Shown: piece after piece, positions 63,449 through 64,000 of the stretch | Layout of the letters: every line of letters begins with the position of its first letter | Position numbering within the stretch: position 1 is the first letter of the stretch | Origin: Laetmonice hystrix | Lineage: Eukaryota | Length of the DNA: 64,000 bases | Direction of reading: 5' to 3' | NCBI GenBank assembly: GCA_965235115.1 | Contig: OZ249447.1 | Span: 21,080,001 to 21,144,000, forward strand | Notes under the pieces: model-generated | Told to the model about the DNA's origin: nothing | Databases searched by the model: none | The model's input: only the letters and a program-made list of their open reading frames with translations | Position numbers and translations under genes: made by a program

Positions 63449-63737
63449 GTGAGTCGTGCCAGTTGGTAGTTTGATGCTCTGCTCTCTGATTTATTTATTA
63501 TATTTAGATTATGAGAATATTTGGAATAATATAATTTAAGTGAATTCATGAAAAACGACTTTTGATAATATTGCGCGAATGCATTAAATGGAAGGGGAGC
63601 GCGGAATACTTACTGCTGTCTATGATTGCACGTCTGTAAGTAAGAAGAATAGGATCATGATTCAGGCAGACAAAATGTGACATATGGATGTGGTTTATTT
63701 GTCGTTGATTGTTTCAATATTTTTTTTCTGCCCGCAG

Positions 63738-63890
63738 ACAATGAAAACTTACCACCTATATCACGGCGAATCGAAACAAGCCGAGGTGAAGCTCCGCTAT
63801 CTCGAGTCACAGAAACTCAAAGTGGAACAACATGCAGGAAAGGGCACGCTCAGTAGGAAATTCAAGTCCTTCGAAAAACAGACAGAAAAA
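63738..63890 (+). CDS. SRGAP: srGAP F-BAR exon, 153 nt (phase 0/0); gene continues beyond the window
   Basis: Acceptor tttttttctgcccgcag; donor AAA|gtaagg at 63891. Encodes TMKTYHLYHGESKQAEVKLRYLESQKLKVEQHAGKGTLSRKFKSFEKQTEK, containing the srGAP-typical MKTYH.Y. Confidence 0.92.
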
Positions 63891-64000
63891 GTAAGGATTG
63901 TTGAGTGGGTGGGACGCCATAATGGTGCTGCCCCAGGCTCTGACGGGTTAATGAAAGAAGCTTTCCACTAACACAGATAAAACATAAACTATGAATGAAC

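Overview
Eukaryotic (metazoan, probably invertebrate; organism not identifiable) genomic DNA with two N gaps. The only gene I can firmly support is an srGAP (SLIT-ROBO Rho GTPase-activating protein) homologue on the + strand. Four phase-compatible GT-AG exons (57065-57248, 62699-62864, 63386-63448, 63738-63890) encode its N-terminal F-BAR domain, and the gene continues past the right edge. The first of these exons starts in phase 1 and I found no convincing upstream coding exon, so most of 1-57064 is probably a very long 5' intron. Two sites in that interval (16122/16123 and 34182/34183) show the recursive-splicing signature: a pyrimidine tract plus CAG directly abutting a consensus donor GTGAGT. 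Each is followed by a second donor that defines a 46-nt or 31-nt cryptic exon with stops in all three frames. This is the most interesting signal in the window. The rest holds about 14 mostly unrelated minisatellite arrays (~8 kb), a TTAA-flanked fold-back MITE, several strong hairpins, motif clusters and two stretches that may be decayed coding relics. Most long ORFs in the ORF track are artefacts of tandem repeats.
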